DNA of 64,000 bases from NCBI GenBank assembly GCA_964016885.1, contig OZ024741.1, forward strand, positions 339,450,001-339,514,000. The letters are read 5' to 3'. This DNA is from Eledone cirrhosa. Taxonomy: Eukaryota. The stretch's first letter is position 1; every line of letters begins with the position of its first letter. The notes under the pieces were generated by a model. That model saw only the letters and a list, made by a program, of their open reading frames with translations. It searched no databases and was not told the origin of the DNA. Below, piece by piece: positions 1 to 13,591 of the stretch. A program made the position numbers and the translations under genes.

Positions 1-440
1 CCACTTCCTTAGTAACCACACTTCCTAGTTCCAACCTTACACTGTGTCACTTCCTTAGTAACCACACTTCCTCGTTCCAACCTTACACTGTGCCACTTCC
101 TTAGTAACCGCACTTGCTAGTTCCAACCTTACACTGTGCCACTTCCTTAGTAACCACACTTCCTCGTTGCAACCTTACACTGTGCCACTTCCTTAGTAAC
201 CACACTTCCCCATTCCAACCTTACACTGTGCCACTTCCTTAGTAACCACACTTCCCCATTCCAACCTTACACTGTGCCACTTCCTTAGTAACCACACTTC
301 CCCATTCCAACCTTACACTGTGCCACTTCCTTAGTAACCACACTTCCCATTCCAACCTTACACTGTGCCACTTCCTTAGTAACCATACTTCCTCATTCCA
401 GCCTTACACTGTGCCACTTCCTTAGTAACCACACTTCCTT
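1..440. repeat. 46-bp minisatellite (~9.5 copies visible, runs off the window)
   Basis: Unit ccacttccttagtaaccacacttccccattccaaccttacactgtg. Confidence 0.93.
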
Positions 441-649
441 GTTTCAATCCTGTTATGTGGCACTTTCTTAGGCAAGTGTCACCTACAATAGCTTTTACAT
501 TGAGCAATGCCTTGTGAGTGGAATTTATTCAATGGAAACTGTAGAAGCTAATGATATATAGATAGACATGTCTGAGTGTGTTTATGTTTATATCTTGTAA
601 CTTAGCAGTTTGTAAATAGATAGATACTGTAGCATACATCTAATGAAGC

Positions 650-1215
650 CTTCTGCCCACACTGTAAAGTGATCATGACGGCAACGTGGCAAAAAGCACC
701 CAGCCCACACTGTAAAGTGGTCATGTAGGTTTCACAACAAAAAACACCCACCCCACACTGTAAAGTGGTCATGTAGGTTTCACAACAAAAAACACCCACC
801 CCACACTGTAAAGAGTTCATATAGGTGTTACAACAAAAAACACCCAGCACACACTGTTAAGTGGTTGTGTAGGTGTTACAACAAAAAGCACCCAGCCCAC
901 ACTGTAAAGAGGTCATGTAGATGTCACAACAAAAAACACCCAGTCCACACTGTAAAGTGGTCATGTAGGTGTTACAACAAAAAGCACCCAGCACACACTG
1001 TTAAGTGGTTGTGTAGGTGTTACAACAAAAAGCACCCAGCACACACTGTAAATGTGGTTGGCGTTAAAAATGGCATCCAGCTGTAGAAACCAAGTCAGAA
1101 ACAGTTCTGTGTGAGCAAAAGACAGTCACCTAACCCATCTTGCCCTAAAAGGGACAACCCGTCTAACCCATGCTAGCATGGAAAAATGGATGTTAAATGA
1201 CAGTGTGATGATGGT
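650..1215 (+). mobile_element. RTE 3' UTR with ~47-bp unit amplified ~9x
   Basis: Unit cccacactgtaaagtggtcatgtaggtgttacaacaaaaagcacccag, followed by the standard RTE tail ggcatccagctgtagaa..cccatgctagcatgg..gttaaatga. Confidence 0.8.
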
Positions 1216-1396
1216 ATAGATGTGTGTGCCTGTGGCTGTTTATTTCTCGTAACTTAACAGTTTGCCAAAAAGAAAAACACCAATGAAATAAGTATTGGAG
1301 GTCAATATGATAGACTATATCAAAGCGGTGCCCCAGCATGGTCGCAGTATACTGATTGTAAAAGAATAAAGGTGGTGATGATGATGATGATAATAA

Positions 1397-1425
<29 letters not shown>

Positions 1426-1427
<2 letters not shown>

Positions 1428-1610
1428 TGTTTCTACTTTTTGGCACAAGGCCAGCAATTACCCAGTGTATTACTGGTACTTTATTTTATCGACCCCGTAA
1501 GGATGAAAGGCAAAGTTAACCTCGGTGGGATTTGAACTCAGAACGTAAAGGGCCATAACTCTATGCTGCAAAGCATGGTGTCTGATGCTCTACCGATACT
1601 GCCAACCCGG
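1426..1610 (-). mobile_element. tRNA-derived SINE (Meta-domain-like core)
   Basis: A/B-box-like head (ggcagtatcggtaga..gagttcaaatccc) and core gcctttcatccttacggggtcgataaaataaagtaccag. About 10 copies in the window. Confidence 0.8.
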
Positions 1611-1923
1611 TGATGATGATGACAATAATGATGGTGATGATTATGATGATGACTAAATCTTATCTGGCAGGAATGGAGTTAAAATCAATGTGAATGAAAT
1701 TCCAAAGTTGGAACTAATAACTGGCATAAATGTGTGGAAGAGCAGTAGACAGAACAATTCTCCAGACTTAACATTGCTGCCATTTTCTTTATCACTAGAA
1801 TGTTTAACTAACAACTAACCATGATATCTTAAACATTTCCTACTTAAATATCTTTTTTATGTACACCATGGAGACTGATAAAATATTATTACTTTCTCTA
1901 CAATGGCACCTCTCTCTCTCTCA

Positions 1924-2008
<85 letters not shown>

Positions 2009-2251
2009 TCTCTCTCTCTCATATATATGTATGCATATATAATTTTGTTACTGTCATATATATGTATATATATGGGTATATATGTGTGTATGTGTATATA
2101 TATATATGAGTGTGTATATATATATATATGTGTGTGTATATATATAAAATATACACACACATGCATATATACATTTATGCAAATGGATGTGGATATATGA
2201 ATATATGCATATGTTTGCAGATGTATGTATATGTATGTATGTATATTTGTA

Positions 2252-2323
<72 letters not shown>

Positions 2324-2518
2324 TACACCCATGCACACATCTATACAAGTATACATACACACAGAGAAAAAGATTGAGAAAGACAGATGTATATATATAC
2401 ACACCTGTACATCAGTCATCATCGTCATCATCATCATCGTAAAATGATGATGATTGATGTACAGGTGTGTATATATGTACGTCTGTCTTTCTCAATCTTT
2501 TTCTCTGTGTGTTTGCAC

Positions 2519-2557
<39 letters not shown>

Positions 2558-2618
2558 TATACACACAGATATATGTATATATATATATATATATATACAT
2601 ATATATGTATATACACAC

Positions 2619-2651
<33 letters not shown>

Positions 2652-2658
2652 TATACAT

Positions 2659-2730
<72 letters not shown>

Positions 2731-3289
2731 ATATATATTTTTTTTTTTTGAAGTGTAGTACTATTGAGACATTCACAACAGGCTTATATTTTGAGTGTGT
2801 GTGTATATAATATAATATATACGTGAGTATATATATATTTGTACATATGTATTCATATATATATATGTGTGTGTGTGTGTATACATATGCATGCAAAACA
2901 CACATATCTATGTTTGTTATACATACATACATGTATGTTATACATACATACATACAATCACACATACATACATACATACAATAACTCACACATGCATAGA
3001 TACATACAGTCAAATTCATATACATGCATACAATCACACATATACAGTCATACATATATGCAATCATACATGCATATAACCACATACATATATACACACA
3101 TACAATAATTTAATTTTATTTTTCTTCTTCTAGTGTAATTTAGTTTACTTCCATCATTTGACTGGTTCAATTTTCTTTGAAAAATCTTTCTTGATAGAAA
3201 TGTCCATTTTACTCATTCCCATCTATCTCATATGTCTGTCTCCTTCTCCCTTCTTTAGTCTTTTATACACTCTCTGTAGGTGTATGTAT

Positions 3290-3328
<39 letters not shown>

Positions 3329-3546
3329 CGTGTATACATACATATGTGTATGCGCATATGTGTGTGTTTTTATATATATATATATATATATACACACACA
3401 TGTGCATACACACACAAATATACACATATGCACACATATACCATAGAAATGTCTATCTTACACATTCCAATATGTTTGTCTATCCTTCTTTAGTCTGTTA
3501 TACACTGTGTGTAGGTGTATGTATATATATACATACACACACACCC

Positions 3547-3579
<33 letters not shown>

Positions 3580-4134
3580 TATATATATATATATATACAC
3601 ACACATATATACATAATATACATAATATACATACACACATATATATACATATATGTGTGTATATGTATATATGTGTGTATGTGAATATCGTCATCATATA
3701 TATATAAAGATAAAACTAGTCAATTTTTTCCATTCCTTTCTATCTTATATACACCTGCCTACCCCACTCCATATTTATATATATAATAAATAAAGGGTTG
3801 GAAAATCGGTAATTTTTCTAGGTTGTCTCTGTTGATTTTTTAAAAGCTAGAATTAGTCATTTAGTTTACATATTGAAACCCCCAATCCATTCTATTTATT
3901 TTATAATGTATGGGATTTGTAGAAATGTACAATTTTTGTCATGTAAAATATTTTTTAATGTCTAAGGGAACTTAATTGTTGCGGGAATACTACCACTTAA
4001 AATAAAATTTCACCGGAGATAAGAGTGGGCTGGTGGAAAAAAAATCTGAAAAATAAATAAGCGGAGGATGGGTACGACAACAACGATTATTTGAGACCCA
4101 AGAGTGCATACAAACAAATATATATATATATATA

Positions 4135-4727
4135 CTAGCAGTGGAACCCGGCGTTGCACGGGATAAGGTATTGTGAAATATATAACCGCCTTAGCTAAGC
4201 TTAGTATTGCCACAACCATGGCTGACAAAGAAGTAAGGGTCTGGTGGTACGTAAGTAAGCAACACTGTGGCTTAAAACGTGAGGAAGAAGTTGTGTGCAC
4301 TTACCAACTGTTTGGGGAATGAGTGTGAGATTTGTCTTGAGCAAGGGTGGAAAATAACCGGAGGCAGCAGACAGCCAGACATACAGGCAGATATTATAAG
4401 GGCGCGTTCTGGATGCAGAGCGAATTGTAGGAAGTGACGTAATGCAGACAGCCAGACATACAGACAGATATTATAAGGGCGCAACGTTATATGTATGTAT
4501 CTATCTAAAAAGAGAAAGACTAAGAATTATAGAGAGAGATCGCTAAATCGCCTAATGCGGTCCCTAGGACATAGAAAATTTGAAATTTATTTTGCTCAGA
4601 ACACTCCCTGAAACATAAATATTATATGTGTAAAGTTTGAAAACAGTTGGTTGGGTGCTTCTCTAGTTTTAGGGATTCAAACTCACACACACACACAGAC
4701 AGACATCCTCAGTTTTATATATATAGA
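4135..4727 (-). mobile_element. Non-autonomous Helitron 1
   Basis: Minus strand starts TCTATATATATAAAAC with a subterminal (GTCT)n. It ends with the hairpin CCCGTGCAACGCCGGG, then CTAG|T. Internal ~39-bp direct repeat at ~4367 and ~4444. Confidence 0.8.
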
Positions 4728-5733
4728 CTAGCAGAGAACCACCCGGTGGGCGGTTTTCTGCTAGCAAATCTAGTGTATATACTGATATTGTTGAGATTTG
4801 GATGAGAAATGTTTTCGGCACCACATGTTCTCCGTCTCTCGGTGTGTTTTTTATGCATGTATAAATATATATGTTATCTATACGGTGAAATCTTTGAAAT
4901 AAATATATGTTAAAACAAAAAAGGAGAAAATAAATAACTGGCGGTTAGAAAAAAATATTCCTATGAAATTTTAATCATACCATTAGGTGTGAATAAGGAA
5001 ATATTTTTTTATTGTCAAAACAAATGTTCAAAAGTTAAACTTCAATTTTTTGAATTATTTCCTATTCTTTCTTGAAATTGAACACTGGACATTGGCTGTG
5101 GAAATGGAAATTAAATGGTATTTAATTGTATTTAAATTGCTAACCTTATTTTATTATTTATAATTTTTCAATAAGAAATTAAAAAAAAAAAAAAAAAAAA
5201 AAATTGAAGAAAAAAATTGAACAAATCAAACGTAGGTTATGGAACTGCGCAATCTGATTAATAAATTACCTCATCAGCAGCAACCTTCTTCAAATGGTCC
5301 TTATTATCAGCAGCAACAACCACAAATTCAATGGCAACCTTCTTCAAACCACAAATTCAATGGCAACCTTCTTCGCATGGTGTCAAGTCAGAACCGCCTC
5401 GAACTGGTTACTTCTGGCTTGTGCAAGGTGTCTTTATAGCAACCAGCGATTCCCTCGGCCTCAGTGACCAAAGTCAGTGGAGAGGGGAAGGTAATGTTTC
5501 TATAGTGACAGTGTTTCTCTTGGTAGTACCAAAGTGGAGAAAGGAAGGGGAAGGTAATATTTCTGTAGCACGTGTTTTAGCGTCTATTCACTCTCTCTCT
5601 CTCTCCCTCTCTCCCTCCTGCTATCCCCCTCTCGTAGTCTGTCTCTTTCTTTCACTCTCACTCTCTCTCTACGCACGTGTTTCCACTGTCGGACAGACAG
5701 ACAGAGAAATTGCTGGTTATATATATAAGTAGA
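4728..5733 (-). mobile_element. Non-autonomous Helitron 2, directly abutting Helitron 1
   Basis: Minus strand starts A|TCTACTTATATATATAAC with subterminal (GTCT)n. The 3' end is a GC-rich palindrome terminating CTAG|T at 4728. Confidence 0.75.
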
Positions 5734-6172
5734 TAATATAAAATAACAGGAGGCTGGACTGGTGTAATTCCTTAAAGGTTTATCGCACCACCAACAACAC
5801 AAATGAAGACGGGTGAGTTGCATTACGCCGAGTGCTCTCCCTAATATTACATCGAGGTTGACCATACGGAATGACCAGTTCTATCCAGTGGTGAACCAAC
5901 AAACCTAAATGTATATATATATATCTGACCAGGAATGCTTTTTGTGAAAATCAGTCATATGGAACTATTGTCATCTTTCCTGTTGAACTTTACAACACCA
6001 CCTGCCTCTTTGAGGTCAAATACCAACCCTACTAGCATCTACAAATTGACCAATGAGAATTAAGATTATTCCTGCTGACAACATTAAATTATCCCTAACA
6101 AGCTCATGTGTCCCAAGGCTCTGATACCATCAACACCAAAAACACAGAGCTGGCATATCTAAGAACTGACTA

Positions 6173-6228
6173 ACTGCCTGATGAGGTCATAGCCATTCAA
6201 TGGCTATCATCGAACTATATATAGCAGT
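6173..6228 (+). ncRNA. Degenerate type I hammerhead ribozyme
   Basis: ACUGC-CUGAUGA-GGUCAUAGCCA(UUCAA)UGGCUAUCAUC-GAAC-UAUAUA-UA-GCAGU, then AATAAA. Stem II pairs 10/11 bp. GAAC replaces GAAAC. Confidence 0.62.
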
Positions 6229-6269
6229 AAATAAAGGATTATGAGTTCATGCAATTGACTTATGTTTCG

Positions 6270-6312
<43 letters not shown>

Positions 6313-6346
6313 AGTATGTTTTTGAAACAGTGAGCGAGTATGAAAT

Positions 6347-6513
6347 TAGAAATAGAAGCTTTCGTTGCACATTTGACCAAAGAAATTTTACGCGATAGTG
6401 GGGTTTAGAACCCTCGGAGAAATAGAAAAAGATGAGCATTAACACACATGTGCGTCAACGTTCATCTTTTTCCATTTCTTTGGTCAGAGGTGCAGCGAAT
6501 GCATCTATTTCTA
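6347..6513. repeat. ~167-bp element with 40-bp inverted ends
   Basis: tagaaatagaagctttcgttgcacatttgaccaaagaaat / atttctttggtcagaggtgcagcgaatgcatctatttcta. Related to 62696-62790. Confidence 0.75.
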
Positions 6514-6519
6514 TATATA

Positions 6520-7413
6520 CAGGGTGTGGACGATATTTGTTCGCAATTTTCAACTGCTAATTTTATGCAAATTTTTTTTACTTCCGTTGTCACTCTTGTC
6601 TTCATAAAAACAGTGACTATATTTACATTATTTATTTTCAGAATAATTGATTATGAATAATTTTGAACCTCCAAATTTGTGGAAGAGACACGGAGTTGTT
6701 CTTGGAATCCGCGCCGGGAGGACAAATAAGGACCAGAAGATCAACTCCCAGAACAACAGGTGGCTCGCTGTCTCATCCAAAGACGTGCCCAGAGTCATGC
6801 AGACAAAGTTTCCAGCGACAACATTGGTCTTAGGTGTCGTCAGCAGCCAAGGTGACGTCATGCCACCTCACTTCTTCCCTGAGGGCCTCAAGCTTAACAC
6901 CGATGGCTACATCCGCGTTCTGAGTGAAGTAGCAAAGCCCTGGATTGACCAGGTAGCTGCAGGTAGGCCGTACGTGTGGCAGCAAGACTCAGCGCCCTGC
7001 CATACCAGCCGAAAGACCCAAGCCTGGCAGTCAGAGAACTTCGTCGACCACACTTCACCTGACATCTGGCCTCCCAGATCGCCTGACTGCAACCCCCTCG
7101 ACTTTTTTGTGTGGGGTGCAGTGGAACGAGACACCAACAAATCTAACTGCAATACGAAAGATGATCTGAAGGCCAGGATCACAAGTGCCTTTAGGGGCCT
7201 AAGTCAGGGGGACAGTGACGAAGACCTGTAGCCGGTTCCGAGGCCACCTTGAGGCCGTCATCAAAGCCAATGGCGGGTTTATCGAGTGAGATCGAAAGAA
7301 CAAGTCATGAAGACAAACTGACCCAAGTTTGATAAATATATCTTAAAAAATAAAACTACTGTGTTAAATTTTCCTAGACAGTAATCTTGCGAACAAATAT
7401 CGTCCGCACCCTG
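6520..7413 (+). mobile_element. Tc1/mariner superfamily DD37D (maT) transposon, internally deleted
   Basis: TIRs CAGGGTGTGGACGATATTTGTTCGCAA / TTGCGAACAAATATCGTCCGCACCCTG with TA on both sides. Total length 894 bp. Confidence 0.93.
6647..7289 (+). pseudogene. DD37D transposase remnant
   Basis: WQQD-x37-D (SPDCNPLDFFVW). The N-terminus is fused directly to INSQNNRW, so the HTH and first catalytic D are lost. A frameshift near 7210 moves the C-terminus (..CSRFRGHLEAVIKANGGFIE*) into another frame. Confidence 0.9.
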
Positions 7414-7631
7414 TATATATATGTTTAAAAATACATACACACATATATATATATATGTAACGTTGGCTTAGTAGAATCTATGGTGGGGACATTATCGTGT
7501 TGGTTTGTTACAATGTGTAGTGGATACATTATCATTATTATTATTGAGTAATGAAGTCAGTTTATTTTAAGCTGCTCAGTAAAGCAACAATTTTGTTATT
7601 GTAAAATCACATTGTTGTTTGTGTTTTTCAG

Positions 7632-7890
7632 CTAAGTCAGCTCTACTCAATATGAGCAGAATTGTTTTCATCAGAGTTCTGTTGAGCTAGCTCTACTCAA
7701 TTGGAGCAGAGCTGTGTTCATCAGAGTTCTGCTGAGCCAGCTCTACTCACCATGAACTGTGGTCATAAATTGAACTGAGTCAATTTTACCCAATTTGAAG
7801 TCCTGCAGTCATAAGAGTTCAACTGGGCCAAGTCTGAGCAGTCCTGCAGTCATAATAGTTCTGCTGAGCCAGGTAGGCTCTATATGAGCA
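7632..7890. repeat. Degenerate ~50-bp tandem repeat
   Basis: gagc(c/t)agctctactca..gagcaga..tgt.ttcatcagagttct repeated, decaying toward the 3' end. Confidence 0.6.
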
Positions 7891-8007
7891 TAACTGTGAT
7901 CCTTTTGATAGCAAACTGCCTAAAACTACCACTGGATCTGTCGGACAAAACTATGTATTTTAAAGTGTTTTTATTTATCTAAATACTTTCCATTATAATT
8001 TTATGTA

Positions 8008-8402
8008 AGGGTTGTGAATTGGCAGTATCGGTAGAGGGTCGGACGCCATGCTTTGAAACATAGAGTTACCTCCCTTTATGATCTGAGTTTAAATCCCATC
8101 GAGGTTAACTTTGCCTTCCATCCTTATGGGGTCGATAAAATAAAGTACCAGTAATGCACTGAGATAATTGCTGGCCTTGTGCCCAAAGTAGAAGCAATTA
8201 TAATTTTATGTAAGGGCGGTGAATTGGCAGTATCGGTAGAGGGTTGGACGCCATGCTTTCTAACATAGTTACGGCCCTTTAAGGTCTGAGTTCAAATCCC
8301 GTCGAGGTTAACTTTGCCTTTCATCCATACGGGATCGATAAAATAAAGTACCAGTAATGTATTGGGTAATTGCTGGCCTTGTGCCAAAAGTAGAAACAAT
8401 TG
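8008..8402 (+). mobile_element. Tandem pair of the same SINE
   Basis: Copies at 8008-8200 and 8214-8402; aattttatgtaag recurs at all three junctions. Confidence 0.82.
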
Positions 8403-9919
8403 TAATTTTATGTAAGCATCTTTATTAAGTTATGTTCCAAACACCCGTTTAATAACCAGAAAGTTAGTTATATTACTAAACCACTCCAAATTCTTGATAA
8501 TTTTCAAAATTACTTGAAAATGAAAGGCAGTGCCTTTTATTAAAAATGTGGTAATGAAGGGTTTAAAGTGTTTATCATCATCATCATCATCACCGTTTAA
8601 CGTTCATTTTTTCTATTTATCTTCCATCATAATTTTATGTAAGAAACTTTGTTCCAAAGACCAAGTTATTAACAAGTTCTTTGTTAATTTCAAAATTATT
8701 AGGAATTAATATGTGGGGATTTTACATTAGAAATATGTTAATGAAAAAGGTTAACCGTTTGGCCATGCAGCATCCCCAGCTTTCACAGATATACCATATT
8801 TGTCTAGTTGAGATGAGTCAGTAAAACATAGCACTCAGAAGCGATATAATATTTTTATAGCATTACAGTCTTTACATATTTATGGCTTCCAAGTCATATG
8901 TCATATCATACAATATATGCATGATATGATATCATATAAATATCCCTGGCTTTTATGATGACATCTTTCATTGTTTTTATGACATAACCATATAATTATA
9001 TTATATATAATATGATATAAGCAGGAAATATAGTAACATTTTATTGTAGCATTAAGAGTAGGAATGGGGTCCTGTCTTTAAGAGATTTTGTTTATTATTA
9101 TTATTGTTTTTTTTTTATATTTTATGCCTTATGTACATATATGCATACATTTGTACATACATAACCATAAATACATACAAAAATATACATACATATACAT
9201 ATATACATACATACGAATAAGAGTTCCTGTTCTGTCTAAAGACCTTACCGATCGAATTGCAAGGCTGAAGAACAAAATATTGATATGTAGTGTGTATGTC
9301 TATATATCTGTCTGTCTGCCTCTCTCATTCTCTCCCACACACATATAATAGTTGCAAGCATATACATACATGTGGGTATCTTGTTCTTTCCTGCAAACAT
9401 ATACACAAGTGCATATATGTTTGGGCATGTCCTTATGAGTATATATGATTGTGTGTGTGAGTGAGTGTGTGTGTGTATGTGTGTAAAAATATATATATAT
9501 ATATACACACACACATATATATATATGTATGTGTGTGTATATATATATATATATATCAATGTATGTTTACAATCCAATTGAAAGAATTAAATGCCACTAG
9601 CAAGGAGAGCAGTGTCCTCAATGCATATAGAATGTAAGAAAAGCATTTAGAGAGAGAGTAAAACAAATATAAACCAAGCATAAGATATATATCGACAGTC
9701 GATCGACTTTCCTCAAATCGGACTGAGGAAACAATGTTTCCATTATTGCTCTTTCCAATTGCTAATACTATCTATCAGTCACAACTACAGGTAGAAGGAG
9801 CAACTTGAAATAAAGTGTCTTTCCAAAGGACATAATGCATCGCCTGGTCCGGGAATTGAACTCAAAACCTCACGATTGCGAATCCAATTCTCTAACCACT
9901 CAACAAATGTAAAAATGTT

Positions 9920-9950
<31 letters not shown>

Positions 9951-10289
9951 TTCTCTCTCTATCTCTCTCTCTATTGTTAGTCTTCTATATACAATTAGTG
10001 TTTGTCCAGCCTATGCAAGCATGGAAAAAACGGACACAAAAATGTTGATGATGATGATGATGATGATGATGATACTAATGAACTCGTGCTGTCAATAATG
10101 ATGACTATAGTGTTGAATGTATTTATTTTTGGAGTCCAGGATTAGTACGCCATATATTACAAGATAAATGAACAATCATACAAACTGGGGAAATTAGATT
10201 GTATAAGAGAAACCCTATAGTCACTGTTGATTATTGTTAGGCAGATGTGATTACAAATGAGAATATTGTAATAATTTATTTCTAGGACA

Positions 10290-10445
10290 TAATTACATAA
10301 ATATTGAGTGTGTATGTACAAATGATATATAGGGTTAAATGTATGACTAACTTTGGAAAGATAACTCTTTACATGAACAAATGTAGGGTTAGAACCCAAG
10401 ACCTTGTGATTGGAAAGTGGACTGCTTATTTCAGTGGCATGACTG
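10290..10445 (-). mobile_element. Third tRNA-related SINE-like repeat
   Basis: Matches ~37030-37145 (+): caatcacaag..tgggttc..aagagttat..aagtta..acatttaa.cct.ta..atttgtacata. Confidence 0.55.
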
Positions 10446-10607
10446 ATATAGGAAATATTTTGTGTGTTTGTTTGTATGTGTAAATTTTGAAGAGTTACAT
10501 AGGCACACACATGCATGTACACACACACACACACATCCATATGTGGATGACGGCTGAGAGAAAAAGTACTCAATATCAATGTAGACTTTAAATATTCATT
10601 TTATTAA

Positions 10608-10798
10608 CCATTTAGCATTTACATTACTCTATATATATACTATTGTATTTTCACGGTAAAGGCTTTACCTCACATAATTATCTCACATGATATTATTTCT
10701 TTTGAGAACTATATCTTAACATCTGTATGAGTTGCTGGCTATGACCAGTTTGAACAGAAAGAGGTGAGATAATTCTGGCCGGTTAAAATGCTAAAGGG
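10608..10798. mobile_element. TTAA-flanked (piggyBac-like) MITE
   Basis: TTAA|CCATTTAGCATTT...AAATGCTAAAGGG|TTAA. Homologous copies at 17357-17571 and 49639-50439. Confidence 0.75.
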
Positions 10799-10892
10799 TT
10801 AAGGCTAAATTGTGCTACTCTGGAGTTTTGCCTGTGATAAACAGGCAAAATTCCAGAGTAATAAAACTAACTATTTAGGCTTAATAAAATGA

Positions 10893-10925
<33 letters not shown>

Positions 10926-11188
10926 CACACACACACATATATACACACAAACACATGGTGTATTATTATGGTTGATATTTACATATGTAAAACATTGATG
11001 CTTCCCAATTCTATCCCTGGCACCACCAATATAACAACACTGAGCTGTTCTTAATATTATTCTATTGTGGTATGGTATGCAACAACAGATATCTTAGAAT
11101 TAATGAGAAATCATTGCTAAACTATGGCTAAGAAAGCAAGAAAAAATACAGAGAAACAATCACTAATGATAACAATACTAATACTAAT

Positions 11189-11316
<128 letters not shown>

Positions 11317-12030
11317 GGGGTGGGGTGATAATGGTTGTAACCATGATAAAATTAACAATAAGAATGGATTTAAGAATAAAATTTTACTTTTTCATCTTTT
11401 TTTGTTGCTGTTGTTACTGCTGTTGTTGTTACTAGTGTTGTTATTGGTGTTGTTACTGGTGTTGTTGTTACTGTGGTTAGTGTTGTTGTTACTGGTGTTG
11501 TTACTGTTGTTGTTTTTACTGTGGTTAGTGTTGTTGTTACTGGTGTTGTTACTGTTGTTGTTACCTTTGTTGTTACCTTTGCTGTTACTGTTGTTACTGT
11601 TGTTGTTGTTGTTCTGATGCCATCCATCAATCATTGAACATGTTTCTCATTTGCATATTTCTTCCAAAGAAAGAAATTCCATTTCCTTCTGCCAAATAAT
11701 GAATAAATAGAATTTAAAAAAAATGAATACAGAAACAGAAAGAATTTAAAAAGAAAAAGAAATGAAAATAAAATAAAATACTGAGTCAGTTTAAAAAGTA
11801 AATTAAAAATAAGACTTAATGTTTTTTTTTGTGAAGCACACACACACACACATATATACGAACATACATACATATACGAACATATATATACATATGTATA
11901 TAGACATATATATGTATATAAATATATGTATATAGACGTATATATGTATATACATATGTGTATATATGTATATAAATATATGTATATAGACATATATATG
12001 TATATACATATGTGTATATATGTATATAAA

Positions 12031-12100
<70 letters not shown>

Positions 12101-12159
12101 AACACATACATACATGTATACATATACATACATGTATATGTATATATAGATACACACAC

Positions 12160-12210
<51 letters not shown>

Positions 12211-12217
12211 TACACAC

Positions 12218-12285
<68 letters not shown>

Positions 12286-12728
12286 TTATACATTCATATA
12301 TATATACACACACAATATACACACATGCAGATATATACATACATATACTGACATGTTCAAGAGCAATATCAAATGGAATATATGTGTTTTGGTGTGTGTG
12401 TGTAAGATGTATTCTGTATGTGTGTGTGATAGATGAATTATAGGTTCCTTATCTATGCTGCGTTGTGACATTCATCACTTTTATCGGACATGACATATTC
12501 ATCATGCAGTTTGAACATTTGTAATCTTCTCCTCATCGATGAAACACACACACACACACGTGCATACACACACACACACAACACTTGCACATACTCATGA
12601 AAGTAGGTACTCATTATCAACACACATGAACACATGATCATGAGGGCACACACGAACACACACATATACATACATCCATATATATAAATATATATATATA
12701 TGTATATATGTATATATATATATGTATG

Positions 12729-12777
<49 letters not shown>

Positions 12778-12843
12778 GTATATGTATATATGTATATATA
12801 TATATATATATGTGTATATATATATATATGTATATATGTATAT

Positions 12844-12891
<48 letters not shown>

Positions 12892-12911
12892 GTATATGTA
12901 TATATGTATAT

Positions 12912-12943
<32 letters not shown>

Positions 12944-12955
12944 GTATATGTATAT

Positions 12956-13001
<46 letters not shown>

Positions 13002-13036
13002 GTATATGTATATATATATATGTGTATATGTATATA

Positions 13037-13069
<33 letters not shown>

Positions 13070-13089
13070 ATGTTTATATATATATATGA

Positions 13090-13127
<38 letters not shown>

Positions 13128-13265
13128 ATATATGTATATGTATATATATATATAAATATACACACACACATATATATATATATATACATGGTCAGAAATA
13201 CATACCCATATCTGATTGTATTTACATTGAGATGTGACTATGAATGTGGATGTATGAATGCATAA

Positions 13266-13348
<83 letters not shown>

Positions 13349-13591
13349 AAGGCTAACATATTTATCAATATCAGAGATAATTAACTTCGAAAGAATGAAA
13401 CAAAATTTTAAGGGAAAAAAATTGTCAAAAGATATAATTATAGAAAAATAAGAAAGAAAAAGAACGAAAGGGAAAAACATTGACAAATAAATGTAAGAAG
13501 GATATTGAAAGACACTCTCACACACACACACACAGAGACACAGACACACACAGACATATATATGTATATACACATAGATATGTGTGTGTGT

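Noticed and set aside
1859-3707. Many overlapping YI/IY/CV-rich ORFs (also 11.6-13.3 kb, 32-36 kb, 62-63.4 kb)
   Set aside because: These are translations of (TA)n/(CA)n/(CT)n microsatellites, which lack stop codons.
7632-7890. CTGATGA motifs on the minus strand as possible ribozymes or C-boxes
   Set aside because: There is no GAAA/stem III/stem I arrangement; the motifs are part of a ~50-bp tandem repeat.
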